From the NCBI GenBank assembly GCA_963807165.1, contig CAWDZM010000001.1, positions 119,963 through 183,962 on the forward strand: DNA of 64,000 nucleotides, given 5' to 3'. A model generated the notes under the pieces. That model was not told where the DNA came from, searched no databases, and saw only the letters and a program-made list of their open reading frames with translations. Of the stretch, positions 7,699-17,638 are shown piece after piece. Made by a program: the position numbers and the translations under genes. Position 1 is the stretch's first letter. Each line of letters opens with the position of its first letter. The DNA is from an uncultured bacterium (GTDB taxonomy: Bacteria > Patescibacteriota > Minisyncoccia > UBA6257 > 2-01-FULL-56-20).

Positions 7699-9338
7699 TT
7701 GTCGCATTCCTTCTTGCGGCTTTTACTTATGTAGGATTTCATCTTTATCAATTACAACTGGTGAAGGGAGGATATTATTACGCCCAGGCCGAATCCGAGC
7801 AATCGGCGTCCGCGAGTAATAACGCCGACCGTGGCGCTATTTATTTTACTGATAACAACGGCAACACCCTGCCGGCAGCGATCGATCAGCCATTCCCCAT
7901 CATCTACGCGGTGCCGACCGCGGTAAAAAATCCGGCAACGACGGCGGCGACGTTCGCTCCGATATTAAATATGCCGGTGGCAAAGCTGAAAGCGATTTTT
8001 TCCCGTCCCGGTGATCAATATGAACTTTTAGTAAACAAAGCCGATCCGGCGGTGGCGCAGAAAGTGACGTCGCTCAACATCCCTGGCGTGTATACCGAGC
8101 TTGAGCCGGAGCGATTCTATCCGCTCTCGACCGTTGCATCGCAGGTGCTCGGATATGTCGGGCCGAATGCGTCGAACACCGGCGAGAGCGGGCACTATGG
8201 CTTAGAAGGATATTACAATAGTTTACTCGAAGGAAATTCTTCGACCGGCGGTGCGGGCGGATCGGATCTGACCGTCACAATCGATCCAAATATTCAGATC
8301 GAGGCGGAGAAGATTTTGGATAATTTGGTTTCGACGACCGGCGCAACCGGCGGTGATGTGATGGTGATGGATCCGAAAACGGGGAAAATTTTGGCGATGG
8401 GAAGCACGCCGAGCTTTGATCCCAATAACTATAACGAATCGCCGATCTCTGATTTTTTGAATACTGACGTGCAGGGTGTGTACGAGCCGGGATCCATTAT
8501 GAAGGTTATCACGATGGCAGCGGGCATTGATTCGGGAAAAATCACGCCGGATACGACGTATGATGATAAAGGATATGTAAATATCAATCATGCACGGATC
8601 ACAAACTATAACCTGACGACGGAAGGCGCGTATGGCGCCGATACTACGATGACGGAGGTGATTGAACATTCGATCAACACCGGTGCCATCTGGGCGGAGA
8701 ACGCCACGGGCAATGATATCTATCTCAGCTATTTGAAGAAATTTGGGCTTGGCGAAAAGACGGGGATCGATCTTCCGGGCGAGGTTTCAGGAAACTTGAG
8801 CCAGCTCCAGCCCAACGCGCCGCAGATTGATTGGGACACGGCCGCGTACGGACAGGGCGTTGCGGTAACACCGGTGGAGCTCGTGAGCGCAATCAGTGCG
8901 ATCGCGAATGGGGGCGTGCTCATGCGGCCGTATCTGAATGCATCGTTGCAACCGCAGGAAATCCGGCGCGTGATCAGTTCCAGTACAGCCCAACAGGTGA
9001 CGCAGATGATGGTGGACGCGGTGGACCTCGCGCAGGTGGCGGAGATCAATGGCTACAGCATGGCGGGCAAGACGGGCAGTGCGTATATGCCGAATCCTGC
9101 AGGCGGCGGATATTTGAACGAGCTTACGGATTCATATATCGGTTTTGGGCCGACGTCGAATCCAAAGTTTGTGGCGTTCATTCGCCTGAATACTATTCCA
9201 GTGACTTCGCTCGCGGCAGAAACGGTGGTGCCGGCATGGAATCAGCTCGCGCAATGGATCGTCAATTATTACAACATTGCACCCGATCGGACGACCACAG
9301 ACGTCATTCCAAATTGTAAAAACCTGACATGCCCCTAA
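7677..9338 (+). CDS. ftsI: Class B penicillin-binding protein (FtsI-like transpeptidase)
   Basis: RGAIY dimerisation motif, EPGSIMK (SxxK), HSIN (SxN), GKTG. Confidence 0.9.
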   Translation: MAYRFTIIVAFLLAAFTYVGFHLYQLQLVKGGYYYAQAESEQSASASNNADRGAIYFTDNNGNTLPAAIDQPFPIIYAVPTAVKNPATTAATFAPILNMPVAKLKAIFSRPGDQYELLVNKADPAVAQKVTSLNIPGVYTELEPERFYPLSTVASQVLGYVGPNASNTGESGHYGLEGYYNSLLEGNSSTGGAGGSDLTVTIDPNIQIEAEKILDNLVSTTGATGGDVMVMDPKTGKILAMGSTPSFDPNNYNESPISDFLNTDVQGVYEPGSIMKVITMAAGIDSGKITPDTTYDDKGYVNINHARITNYNLTTEGAYGADTTMTEVIEHSINTGAIWAENATGNDIYLSYLKKFGLGEKTGIDLPGEVSGNLSQLQPNAPQIDWDTAAYGQGVAVTPVELVSAISAIANGGVLMRPYLNASLQPQEIRRVISSSTAQQVTQMMVDAVDLAQVAEINGYSMAGKTGSAYMPNPAGGGYLNELTDSYIGFGPTSNPKFVAFIRLNTIPVTSLAAETVVPAWNQLAQWIVNYYNIAPDRTTTDVIPNCKNLTCP

Positions 9339-10624
9339 AAATTTTAAAGAAAACATTGCGGAAGCTCGCGCGGCTGACGATCTGGCGCTATCGCCCGGCA
9401 ATCATCGGCGTGACGGGCAGTGCGGGAAAGACCTCCGCAAAGCTTGCGATCAAAGCCGTGCTGGAGCGCGATCGGCGCATTCGCACCTCGTTCGGCAATT
9501 TGAACAGCGACCTCGGCGTGCCACTCACCATCCTTGGCGATTGGAGCGCGGACGATCTGGCGCTCGTCAGCCGCGCGACGCCGCGTGGGACAAAAAAATT
9601 TCAAAAAATAGGATTTTGGATAAAGGTCATCATATTATCGACATGGCGGATTATTTTTGCATCGCGCGGCAGCTATCCGGAATTATTGATCTTGGAATAC
9701 GGCGCGGATCGTCCGGGCGACATTAAATATTTATTAAGCATCGCACGGCCGAACATCAGTGTGATCACCGCCATCGGCGACATTCCGGTGCACGTGGAAT
9801 TCTATGGCGGCCCGGATGAGGTCGCGCGGGAAAAGGGGAGGCTCATCGAATATCTTCCCGCCGGCGGCTTTGCTATATTGAACGGCGATGATGATGTGGT
9901 GATGAATTTGCAATCGCGCACGCGCGCACGCGTGATGACGTTCGGGTTTGATAAGAGCTGTGAGGTGCGGATCTCGCGCTTTGAAAATAAATTGAAGGAC
10001 GGCCAGCCGTCAGGTATTTCCTTCAAGCTGGAGCACGGCAGTGCGATCGTGCCGGTGCGGATCGACAACGTCTTTGGTCGCGCACACGCGTACGCCGCAG
10101 GCGCGGCGGCGGCGATCGGCCTCGCGTTCGGCATGAACCTGGTGGCGATCTCGGAAGCGCTCGCACAATACGCGCCGCCGGAATCGCGCATGCAGCTTTT
10201 GCCCGGCATCAAATACACTTCCATCATTGACGACTCGTATAACGCGAGCGTGATCGCAATGCGCTCAGCGCTCGAAACCCTCGCAGCGCTTCCGGCAAAG
10301 CGAAAGATTGCGGTGTTGGGTGATATGCTAGAGATCGGCAAGTATACGGTGGAGGCACACGAGATGCTCGGTCGCATGGCGGCAAAGGATGCGGATGTGC
10401 TCTTTACCGTCGGTCCGCGCGCAAAGTTCATCGCCGAATCAGCGCGCGAAGCGGGCATGAAGCGCGCGGTGATATTCTCCTTCGACACCGCGAGCGAGGC
10501 GATAAAACCAGTGAAGGATTTTATAAAGAAAGGGGATTTAATATTGCTAAAGGGATCGCACTCAATGGAGCTGAATAAGATCGTGGAAGAGATTCGGGAT
10601 CAAACGCCGCGGGTTATGCAGTAG
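9329..10624 (+). CDS. murF: UDP-MurNAc-tripeptide D-Ala-D-Ala ligase
   Basis: GVTGSAGKTS, DDSYNAS, VLGDMLEIG, LLKGS. Confidence 0.92.
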   Translation: MPLKILKKTLRKLARLTIWRYRPAIIGVTGSAGKTSAKLAIKAVLERDRRIRTSFGNLNSDLGVPLTILGDWSADDLALVSRATPRGTKKFQKIGFWIKVIILSTWRIIFASRGSYPELLILEYGADRPGDIKYLLSIARPNISVITAIGDIPVHVEFYGGPDEVAREKGRLIEYLPAGGFAILNGDDDVVMNLQSRTRARVMTFGFDKSCEVRISRFENKLKDGQPSGISFKLEHGSAIVPVRIDNVFGRAHAYAAGAAAAIGLAFGMNLVAISEALAQYAPPESRMQLLPGIKYTSIIDDSYNASVIAMRSALETLAALPAKRKIAVLGDMLEIGKYTVEAHEMLGRMAAKDADVLFTVGPRAKFIAESAREAGMKRAVIFSFDTASEAIKPVKDFIKKGDLILLKGSHSMELNKIVEEIRDQTPRVMQ

Positions 10625-10686
10625 CGGGAAACCAAAACCTTGCGGTGCAGCGCTTTTCTCTTTATAATCTCTTCGGTAAGCCATAT

Positions 10687-10761
10687 GCCATCATCGTCTA
10701 GCCTGGTCTAGGACATCGCCCTCTCACGGCGGGAACTCGGGTTCGAATCCCGATGGTGGTA
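10687..10761 (+). tRNA. tRNA-Glu(CUC)
   Basis: GCCATCA/TGGTGGT acceptor, TCGCC-CTCTCAC-GGCGG anticodon arm, TCGGG-TTCGAAT-CCCGA T arm. Confidence 0.93.
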
Positions 10762-10974
10762 CACCGAATCGATGTAGCAAAACAAAGGCATAGAGAAGGG
10801 AATCATAAACGGATTTGAACTTTTACTATTCGTTCGAATTCAGTCCAACGCACTACGCTTTACAATCGTTATAATATTGTTTATGCTACGACCAGCATGA
10901 AGCCCTGAAGCAGGATGCTTCGGATCTCAACCACAACCAACACCCACTTCACCAGGATGGTGAAAGGAGGATTT

Positions 10975-11358
10975 ATGTCGCTAGTTCATAACATGAACGA
11001 TCGCGTCCCCGGTGCCATTCAGGCATTGGCCGAACTCCACAAGGCTGGATTCATTGAAGATGTGGCATACTATCGCTACGCCATATCCAGTCCGCTGAAA
11101 TACGGGGGCATATCCTATGAGAGCGTAATGCTCTCGCGCAGCAAAAAACTAAAACTTCCACGTGATTGCTACGCCGATCCATCAATGCTTTTCGACGAGA
11201 TCGAGATTATTGTATGGAAAGACCTACGCGGCATTGTGCCGGTAGCGCCTAGTGGACGGCGGCTTACGCTCATCTCGATAATGATTGCAACGATGATGCC
11301 CGAAAAGCCCTGTTTTTGTTTCATATTGTTATTATATCAGCTTATCGGCAAAACTTGA
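10975..11358 (+). CDS. Hypothetical protein
   Basis: ORF with AAAGGAGG before ATG 10975; no recognised motif. Confidence 0.5.
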   Translation: MSLVHNMNDRVPGAIQALAELHKAGFIEDVAYYRYAISSPLKYGGISYESVMLSRSKKLKLPRDCYADPSMLFDEIEIIVWKDLRGIVPVAPSGRRLTLISIMIATMMPEKPCFCFILLLYQLIGKT

Positions 11359-11453
11359 CATTTTAATAGCTTTAATGTTATTATGCACCCATTATATAAG
11401 AGGGTCGAAAGGTTGGCTAGGCGCATATAAAAGCAAAAAATAAAAAAATAATT

Positions 11454-13214
11454 ATGAAAAAAATAATCGCAGCTGGTTCGATGTTGGTGTTCGCGTTGGG
11501 AGTTTTTGTTTCTGCGGTGCCGCAGGCATTAGCTGGGGAGTCGGGAACGCTTTCTTCTTTGACGGTATCGGCAGGAACTTTAACGCCAACGTTCGATCCG
11601 GCAATATTTTCATATACCGATGTTCTGCCGTATAACACCACCGTCGTTCCGACGGTATCGGCGTCTACCACTTCTGTTGATGCTACTGAGGTAATTACCC
11701 AAGCTACTAATACTACCGGATCGGCTACGGTTGTAGTGTCGGATACCAGTTCAACTCAAAACTCAACAACCTATACCGTCACTTTTTCACTCGCGCCGAT
11801 ACCGGCACCGGTGTGGAGTGCATCGGCTGATCTGGTGACTGGAGACGTAGTGAGTGGCGGGGGAACAACCCAGCTGACGTCGGCGTTCACGATGCCAGCA
11901 GGTGGTACATATGTGCAAATTCAGACTCCGTCGGCAAATCCTTTTTCCGTTCCGACGGCAAATGCGCTCGTTCCTTTCGTGTTGACCTCTACGGGCGGCG
12001 TTGACCTTGCTTCATACTATAAAGCTACCTATCCGGAAACGGATTGGACGACGGGTTGGGGTCAATACTTTATGAATACGCTTCCGACTGCCGGTGCAAG
12101 CCAGACCGCGATGTTCTACATCGTGAATGGCGGAACGCATTCGGTACAGAGCGGCCCACAGCGTTTTAAAGGAGTGACGGCTCCTCTGTTTCTCCCTGGC
12201 GATCTTCCTTCGGGAACTTATACCGTGGCCGGTGATGTGAATGGAACAACCCTCACGGTTACCTTCATTATTAACAATCCAAATGGATGGACTGCTCCGG
12301 TGAATCCGGTAACGCCAACCTCCACAGCGTCATCTACGCCTTCTTCTACTCCATCATCCACTATATATACATTGAATTATGGAACCGACGGTAATGGCAC
12401 GATCACGGGAAGTTCTACGCAAAACGTAGCTTCTGGCACTGACGGATCAGCAGTGACCGCCATGCCAAACGATGGCTTTCAGTTCGCAAGCTGGAGCGAT
12501 AGCTCGACCGCGAATCCTCGAACCGATACGGATGTAACGAGTAGTATCTCCGTCGTTGCGGATTTCTCTTCAATTCCGGTCACGCCGATCCCTAATATTG
12601 TGACAGGCGGTGGCGGAGGCGGCGGGGGAGGTGGTGGTAGTTTTAGTAGTTTTGGCGGCGGTGGTGCATATCCTTACACCATCCTAATTGATGGCGGTGC
12701 GACGACCACAACGTCATCCAACGTAACGCTCACGCTTGGTACTATCAGCACTGCGGCGGGAAATAATACGATGTGGATCTCGAACGATCCGAGCTTTGCC
12801 ACTTCGACCGGCACGGGATGGATTCCATTCCAAAAAAACTACCCGTGGATTTTAAACACGGTGCCAGCTGGCGTTCCTCGGACGGTCTATGTCCGGTTTG
12901 GCGTTACGAGTACTTCAACCCCAGTAGGATCCGCCCAGGCGAATATTTTCCTCGTAAACAATCAGGGTCAGGTCCTCGGTGCTTCGGCGTTTAACTTTAA
13001 CGTTAATCTTCACTTCGGCATATGTAGCAGCGACGTGATCCAGCTTCAAGATCGGCTTACGCAGGAAGGTTTGTATAGTGGTCCGATCACTGGTTGCTTT
13101 GGTCGGTTGACGCTTGCCGCGGTCAAGGCGTATCAGAAAAAATACGGAATTTCTGCCACGGGTTTTGTTGGTCCGTTGACCAGGGCGCAATTGAACAAAA
13201 TAAACGGCATATAG
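11454..13214 (+). CDS. Secreted surface protein (cadherin-like beta sandwich, InlB-B-type repeat, poly-Gly linker, C-terminal peptidoglycan-binding domain)
   Basis: Signal peptide; LSSLTVSAGTLTPTFDP; YTLNY...GFQFASWSD; DVIQLQ...TGCFGRLTLAAVKAYQ...TGFVGPLTRAQLN. Confidence 0.85.
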   Translation: MKKIIAAGSMLVFALGVFVSAVPQALAGESGTLSSLTVSAGTLTPTFDPAIFSYTDVLPYNTTVVPTVSASTTSVDATEVITQATNTTGSATVVVSDTSSTQNSTTYTVTFSLAPIPAPVWSASADLVTGDVVSGGGTTQLTSAFTMPAGGTYVQIQTPSANPFSVPTANALVPFVLTSTGGVDLASYYKATYPETDWTTGWGQYFMNTLPTAGASQTAMFYIVNGGTHSVQSGPQRFKGVTAPLFLPGDLPSGTYTVAGDVNGTTLTVTFIINNPNGWTAPVNPVTPTSTASSTPSSTPSSTIYTLNYGTDGNGTITGSSTQNVASGTDGSAVTAMPNDGFQFASWSDSSTANPRTDTDVTSSISVVADFSSIPVTPIPNIVTGGGGGGGGGGGSFSSFGGGGAYPYTILIDGGATTTTSSNVTLTLGTISTAAGNNTMWISNDPSFATSTGTGWIPFQKNYPWILNTVPAGVPRTVYVRFGVTSTSTPVGSAQANIFLVNNQGQVLGASAFNFNVNLHFGICSSDVIQLQDRLTQEGLYSGPITGCFGRLTLAAVKAYQKKYGISATGFVGPLTRAQLNKINGI

Positions 13215-13235
13215 GTTCTGTGGTAAAATTGCCCT

Positions 13236-14000
13236 ATGGGCAAGTTGATAGTGGCGAACTGGAAGGAGCATCCAAAGACGGCGGCGCACGCGCTTACGCT
13301 TTTTAAGGCTGTGGCAAAGACGCCACGCGCGAGTGGCGGCGAAGTGGTGGTCTGCCCACCGTTCATCTACTTAGAAGAAGTGGCACGCGAGTTCAAGCGT
13401 ATGCCGGTCGCCGCTCGCGCGCGCCTCGCGCTTGGCGCACAGGATGTGTTTTGGGAAGACGCGGGCGCGTATACCGGCGAAGTTGGTCCCGCGATGCTGC
13501 GCTCGCTCGGTGCAAAGTACGTGATCATTGGTCACTCGGAGCGCCGCCGGTTCGAAAAGGAAACGGATGCGATGATCAATAAAAAGATCGCGCTCGCCGC
13601 CCACGACGGCCTGAAAATAATTTTGTGCGTTGGCGAACCGCTTTCGGTGCGCGAGAAGGGAGCAGAGATCGCAAAGAAGTTCGTGGCACAACAGCTAGCG
13701 AAGGATTTAAATAATATTTCATTAAAAAAACCTGGGGATTTTTACGTTGCATACGAACCGATATGGGCGATCGGCACGGGGAAGAACGACACGCCGGAGG
13801 ATGCGCGCGAGATGGCGATGTTCATTAAATCTCTATTAAAGAAAACCAAGCGTATTTCGCCAAAATTTCTTTACGGCGGTTCGGTGAATGGCAGGAACGC
13901 GCGCGATTATGTACAATTGGATGTAATAGATGGGGCGCTCGTGGGAGGCGCGAGTCTCAAGGCCGATGAGTTCAAAAAAATAATTAATACTATCAAATAA
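13236..14000 (+). CDS. tpiA: Triosephosphate isomerase
   Basis: ANWK, IIGHSERR, AYEPIWAIGTG, LYGGSV, LVGGASL. Confidence 0.97.
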   Translation: MGKLIVANWKEHPKTAAHALTLFKAVAKTPRASGGEVVVCPPFIYLEEVAREFKRMPVAARARLALGAQDVFWEDAGAYTGEVGPAMLRSLGAKYVIIGHSERRRFEKETDAMINKKIALAAHDGLKIILCVGEPLSVREKGAEIAKKFVAQQLAKDLNNISLKKPGDFYVAYEPIWAIGTGKNDTPEDAREMAMFIKSLLKKTKRISPKFLYGGSVNGRNARDYVQLDVIDGALVGGASLKADEFKKIINTIK

Positions 14001-14005
14001 ATATT

Positions 14006-14770
14006 ATGAACGAATCAAAGTTTTGGTTTTGGGTGTTGTTGGATGCATTGTTGGCTTCAGTGATCATCGCACTTTTGGGAGTCGGCTTGCCGACGATGGT
14101 GCGATGGGCGGCATCGGTGCCTCCGGCGCGAACAATCATGGTGACGGCGCAGGGCAAGACGACGGCGACGCCTGATCTCGCAGAAATAACGTTCTCCGTG
14201 CTCTCGACGGGGCAAGATCCGCAGACGCTCGCGACGAACAATACCAGTAAGATGAATGCAGCGTTGCAGTTTTTGACGGCACAGAACATCGCGTCAAGCG
14301 ATATCACGACGACGGGCTATGACCTTGAGCCGACGTACAATTACAACAACACCATGCAGAGCAATACCATCACTGGCTATACGCTCACGCAGACGGTAAC
14401 GGTCAAGATTCACGATATTACGAATGTTGCGACGGTGCTCGGCGGCCTCGCCCCGCTTGGCGTGAATCAGATTGGTGGCGTCAACTTCACCTTCAATGAT
14501 CCAGATACCTTTCTGGCGGTCGCACGCATGGATGCGATGAACAAAGCGGAGGTAAAGGCGCAGCAGATGGCGTCCGAGGCGGGCGCATCGCTTGGCGAAG
14601 TGGTCAATGTTTCAGAGAACGGTGTGATTCCACAGCCGTATCCGATGGTCTACAATTCCCAGGCAAGCGGCGGTGTTGCTGCGCCCAGCATGGCCGTTTC
14701 CACTCCAAACATCCAGCCGGGCTCACAGGACGTGACGGATAACGTGACGATCACGTATGCGCTTCGCTAA
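14006..14770 (+). CDS. SIMPL (DUF541) domain protein
   Basis: TM anchor; VTAQGK...PDLAEITFSV; AEVKAQQMASEAGASLG; IQPGSQDV. Confidence 0.85.
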   Translation: MNESKFWFWVLLDALLASVIIALLGVGLPTMVRWAASVPPARTIMVTAQGKTTATPDLAEITFSVLSTGQDPQTLATNNTSKMNAALQFLTAQNIASSDITTTGYDLEPTYNYNNTMQSNTITGYTLTQTVTVKIHDITNVATVLGGLAPLGVNQIGGVNFTFNDPDTFLAVARMDAMNKAEVKAQQMASEAGASLGEVVNVSENGVIPQPYPMVYNSQASGGVAAPSMAVSTPNIQPGSQDVTDNVTITYALR

Positions 14771-14788
14771 CATTTCATAACCACTCAT

Positions 14789-15394
14789 ATGACAAAAAAA
14801 GATCTTAGTGCGAGCCTTGTCATCGGCGCCGCGGTCGGTCTGCTCATTCAGCCGATCCTTGCGAACACGATCACGAGCATTCATCTGACGATCCTGACGC
14901 GCATCGGCATCTTCGTGTTCTTCTCTGTGTTCGCGCCGTTCGCGCTCTGGCTCTGTTCGCTGATCGCAAAGCTATGGAAGGCATTCTATCAGTTCGGCCA
15001 GTTCGCCGCGGTGGGAACGTTGAACAGTTTCATCGATATCGGCATCTTTAACCTGGAGACGTTCCTTTATGCCGCGCCGATCTCGACACCGATCTTCGCC
15101 GTGTTCAAAGCGATCTCGTTCCTGTGTGCTACCACAAACAGCTTTTTCTGGAACAAGAACTGGACCTTTGGTTCGACGGATAAAGTGAACGTGGGCGAGG
15201 TGACAGGATTCTACACGATTGCGCTCGTCGGATGGGGATTGAACGTCGCCATCGCGACGTTCGTAAAATCAGTCGGCCCAGAGACGAAGTTGTGGATAGA
15301 TATCGTCGCGCCGGTTTCCGGAATTCTCGTCACTTTCATCTGGAACTTCGTGGGATACAAGTACTTCGTGTTCAAGAAAAAAATAACGGTGTAA
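14789..15394 (+). CDS. GtrA-family membrane protein
   Basis: QFAAVGTLNSFID, NSFFWNKNWTF, WNFVGYKYFVF. Confidence 0.85.
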   Translation: MTKKDLSASLVIGAAVGLLIQPILANTITSIHLTILTRIGIFVFFSVFAPFALWLCSLIAKLWKAFYQFGQFAAVGTLNSFIDIGIFNLETFLYAAPISTPIFAVFKAISFLCATTNSFFWNKNWTFGSTDKVNVGEVTGFYTIALVGWGLNVAIATFVKSVGPETKLWIDIVAPVSGILVTFIWNFVGYKYFVFKKKITV

Positions 15395-15399
15395 TTTTC

Positions 15400-15476
15400 C
15401 TGGAGGCACTACCACATCCTTTTCTGACCGTTGCGTCTGGGCACTAGATCAGAAAAGGATGTGGTAGTGCCTCCAG
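15400..15476. repeat. Perfect 28-bp inverted repeat with a 21-nt loop
   Basis: CTGGAGGCACTACCACATCCTTTTCTGA (15400-15427) and its exact reverse complement (15449-15476). Confidence 0.9.
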
Positions 15477-15521
15477 AGGATACCCCTTGCTTTTTCTTAA
15501 ACAACTTGCTATAATACTCTC

Positions 15522-15616
15522 GAATGGGTGCGAGTATAGCTCAACGATGATATCGACTGAGCTATAACCCACACGATTCTGTTTGGCTAAGGCCGCCCGC
15601 AAGGGCGGTTTTAGTT
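15522..15616 (+). ncRNA. Candidate small structured RNA
   Basis: TTGCTT-N17-TATAAT promoter (15487-15515); hairpin TGGGT..TATAGCTCA/TGAGCTATA-ACCCA; terminator-like GCCGCCC-GCAA-GGGCGGTTTT. Confidence 0.45.
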
Positions 15617-15619
15617 TCG

Positions 15620-15718
15620 AAAACCTCTGATTTTTGGCTGCGCCTTCATTTTGCCTCGTCATCGTATGGAAATACGATTCCTCGGCAAAATTCGGCTCGC
15701 CTAAAAATCAGAGGTTTT
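15620..15718. repeat. Nested long palindromic element
   Basis: AAAACCTCTGATTTTT / AAAAATCAGAGGTTTT arms with inner stems ATTTTGCC/GGCAAAAT and ATCGTAT/ATACGAT, separated by TC-rich internal loops. Confidence 0.8.
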
Positions 15719-15791
15719 ATATATTAGATAGATATATAACAATGCCTTTTGATTTAATATATTTTTAATGTCGGTCTGCTATATTGCAGTG

Positions 15792-15920
15792 ATGGAATAT
15801 TATCCGATGCCAAGTTTATATAAAGAAGATACCCCGGAAGAAAGCTGGGAGGTAGTTATTGATGTTACCGAGATAGAAAAAGAAGGCATTACCATCACAG
15901 ATCTGCTCTCTCGTTTATAA
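15792..15920 (+). CDS. Small hypothetical protein or gene remnant (42 aa)
   Basis: MEYYPMPSLYKEDTPEESWEVVIDVTEIEKEGITITDLLSRL; protein-like composition. Confidence 0.4.
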   Translation: MEYYPMPSLYKEDTPEESWEVVIDVTEIEKEGITITDLLSRL

Positions 15921-16102
15921 TCGTTTTACCTTGCGATACCTATTTGCTATACTACTCATGGAGTGGCTGATTGAGCACTCGTTCAATACAAACAGAACCG
16001 GAGGTCACCACAGCCGCTCCGCCCAGCACTTTGAGCACGTTTGTTAGAGTCTTGGGCGGAGCGGTTTTTGTTTGCGAAAAATATCATCTAATCATTTTAT
16101 TA

Positions 16103-17074
16103 ATGCCACAATTTAAGGAGAACGTATCGTTGTCAAAGTTTAGTCATTACAAGATCGGCGGGCCAGCGCGGTTTTTTTTTGAGGCAAAGAGCGAAAAAGA
16201 TGTGGCATGGGCGGTGAAGGAGGCAAAGAAGCAGAAGCTCGCAGTGTTTGTTCTCGGCGGCGGAACAAATCTATTAATCAGCGATGCGGGCTTTGACGGA
16301 TTGGTTTTGCGTCCGGACATTCGCGACATCAAGATAAAAGGAACGTCAATTACCACTGGCGCTGGTGCGTCAATGGCAGATCTTTTAAGGGTTGCCGCGG
16401 CGCACTCGCTCGCTGGGCTTGAATGGGCAGGCGGCCTTCCCGGCACAGTTGGCGGTGCGGTGCGCGGCAATGCCGGATGTTTTGGGGGGGAGATAAAAGA
16501 TGGCATCATTTCGGTACGAAGCTTTGATACAAAGACGATGAAGTTCGTATTGCGCACTGTGCGTGCGTGTGCGTTTGGCTATCGCCACAGCATCTTCAAG
16601 AAAAAGAATGGCGCGGAGATCATCACGCAGGTAACGCTTTCGCTCGCAAAGGGAAATAAAAAAGAGATCGCGAAGGTAATAAAAGAAAGGATGCAATATC
16701 GCGCGGAGCATCATCCGATGGAACATCCGAATGTTGGGAGCATTTTTAAGAACGTTCCACTGCATGCGGTCCACGCGAAGGGGAGTGCAAAGTATGAAAA
16801 GGCATTGCGCGGTACGGCGCTCACGCTGCGCGGATCATCCTTCAGCGTCAAGACTGATCCATTCCCCGTTATCTCGAGCGCGAAGCTGATCTCCGAATCC
16901 GGTTTGCGCGGCGTGAGCGCCGGCGGCGCGATGATCTCGCCGAAGCATCCCAACTTCATCGTCAACGTGCTCGGTGCTCAGGCGTCGGACGTGCATTGTC
17001 TGATCACGCTCGCCAAGTCGTCGGTGTGGAAAAAGTTCGGCATCGCTTTAGAAGAAGAGATCCAACTGGTATAA
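16103..17074 (+). CDS. murB: UDP-N-acetylenolpyruvoylglucosamine reductase
   Basis: YKIGGPA, LGGGTNLL, GLPGTVGGAVRGNAG, GSIFKN, KHPNF, LEEEI; start reassigned to ATG 16103. Confidence 0.95.
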   Translation: MPQFKENVSLSKFSHYKIGGPARFFFEAKSEKDVAWAVKEAKKQKLAVFVLGGGTNLLISDAGFDGLVLRPDIRDIKIKGTSITTGAGASMADLLRVAAAHSLAGLEWAGGLPGTVGGAVRGNAGCFGGEIKDGIISVRSFDTKTMKFVLRTVRACAFGYRHSIFKKKNGAEIITQVTLSLAKGNKKEIAKVIKERMQYRAEHHPMEHPNVGSIFKNVPLHAVHAKGSAKYEKALRGTALTLRGSSFSVKTDPFPVISSAKLISESGLRGVSAGGAMISPKHPNFIVNVLGAQASDVHCLITLAKSSVWKKFGIALEEEIQLV

Positions 17075-17082
17075 TAAAAACA

Positions 17083-17418
17083 ATGAAAATAACCATAAAA
17101 GGAGGGCTGGATGTGACCCCGTCGCTTGAGACATATATAGAGGGAAAGCTGATGCCGCTTGCCAAATTAGTGAAGGTGTTCGACGCCGAAGGTGTGGTTG
17201 ATCTAACGCTGGAAGTATCTCGCACGTCGAATCATCACCGGAAAGGGGATGAGGTATTCAAGGCCGCCGCTGACCTCCGCTTGCCGGGAAAAATCTTACG
17301 CAGTGAATCATCCGCGTCGGATATCCGCAAAGCGATCGACGAAGTGCGTACTATGCTTCACATGGAAATAGAAAAATATAAATCAAAGCGTGCGGATTCC
17401 CCGCGTGGAAAAAAATAA
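17083..17418 (+). CDS. hpf: Ribosome hibernation factor HPF/RaiA
   Basis: LDVTPSLETYIEGK...LRLPGKILRSE...DIRKAID; upstream of secA. Confidence 0.85.
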   Translation: MKITIKGGLDVTPSLETYIEGKLMPLAKLVKVFDAEGVVDLTLEVSRTSNHHRKGDEVFKAAADLRLPGKILRSESSASDIRKAIDEVRTMLHMEIEKYKSKRADSPRGKK

Positions 17419-17560
17419 TCTTAAGCCGCACGACATCGTGCGGCTTTTAAAATAAAAAAGTTATCCACAGAAATTTCAAAAACCGAAAAAACGTTTTGTT
17501 ATACTAAAGTTATTAGATCGGAGTGGTCGCAACCCGATAAATTAATAAATAATTATTCCA

Positions 17561-17632
17561 ATGCCAGCAAAGAAAAAGAAAGTTGTGAAGAAAGCAGCAA
17601 AGAAGACCGCGAAGAAGAAGAGCCGCGTATAG
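17561..17632 (+). CDS. 23-aa Lys/Ala-rich basic peptide
   Basis: MPAKKKKVVKKAAKKTAKKKSRV*; AT-rich leader like other highly expressed genes here; has its own terminator. Confidence 0.6.
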   Translation: MPAKKKKVVKKAAKKTAKKKSRV

Positions 17633-17638
17633 TCTTCC

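Noticed and set aside
12607-12666. GGC/GGT-rich tract
   Set aside because: Encodes an in-frame poly-Gly linker of the surface protein.
17461-17469. Perfect DnaA box TTATCCACA as oriC (near matches around 36133, 39368 and 50469)
   Set aside because: The boxes are isolated rather than clustered, and no dnaA/dnaN gene is nearby.
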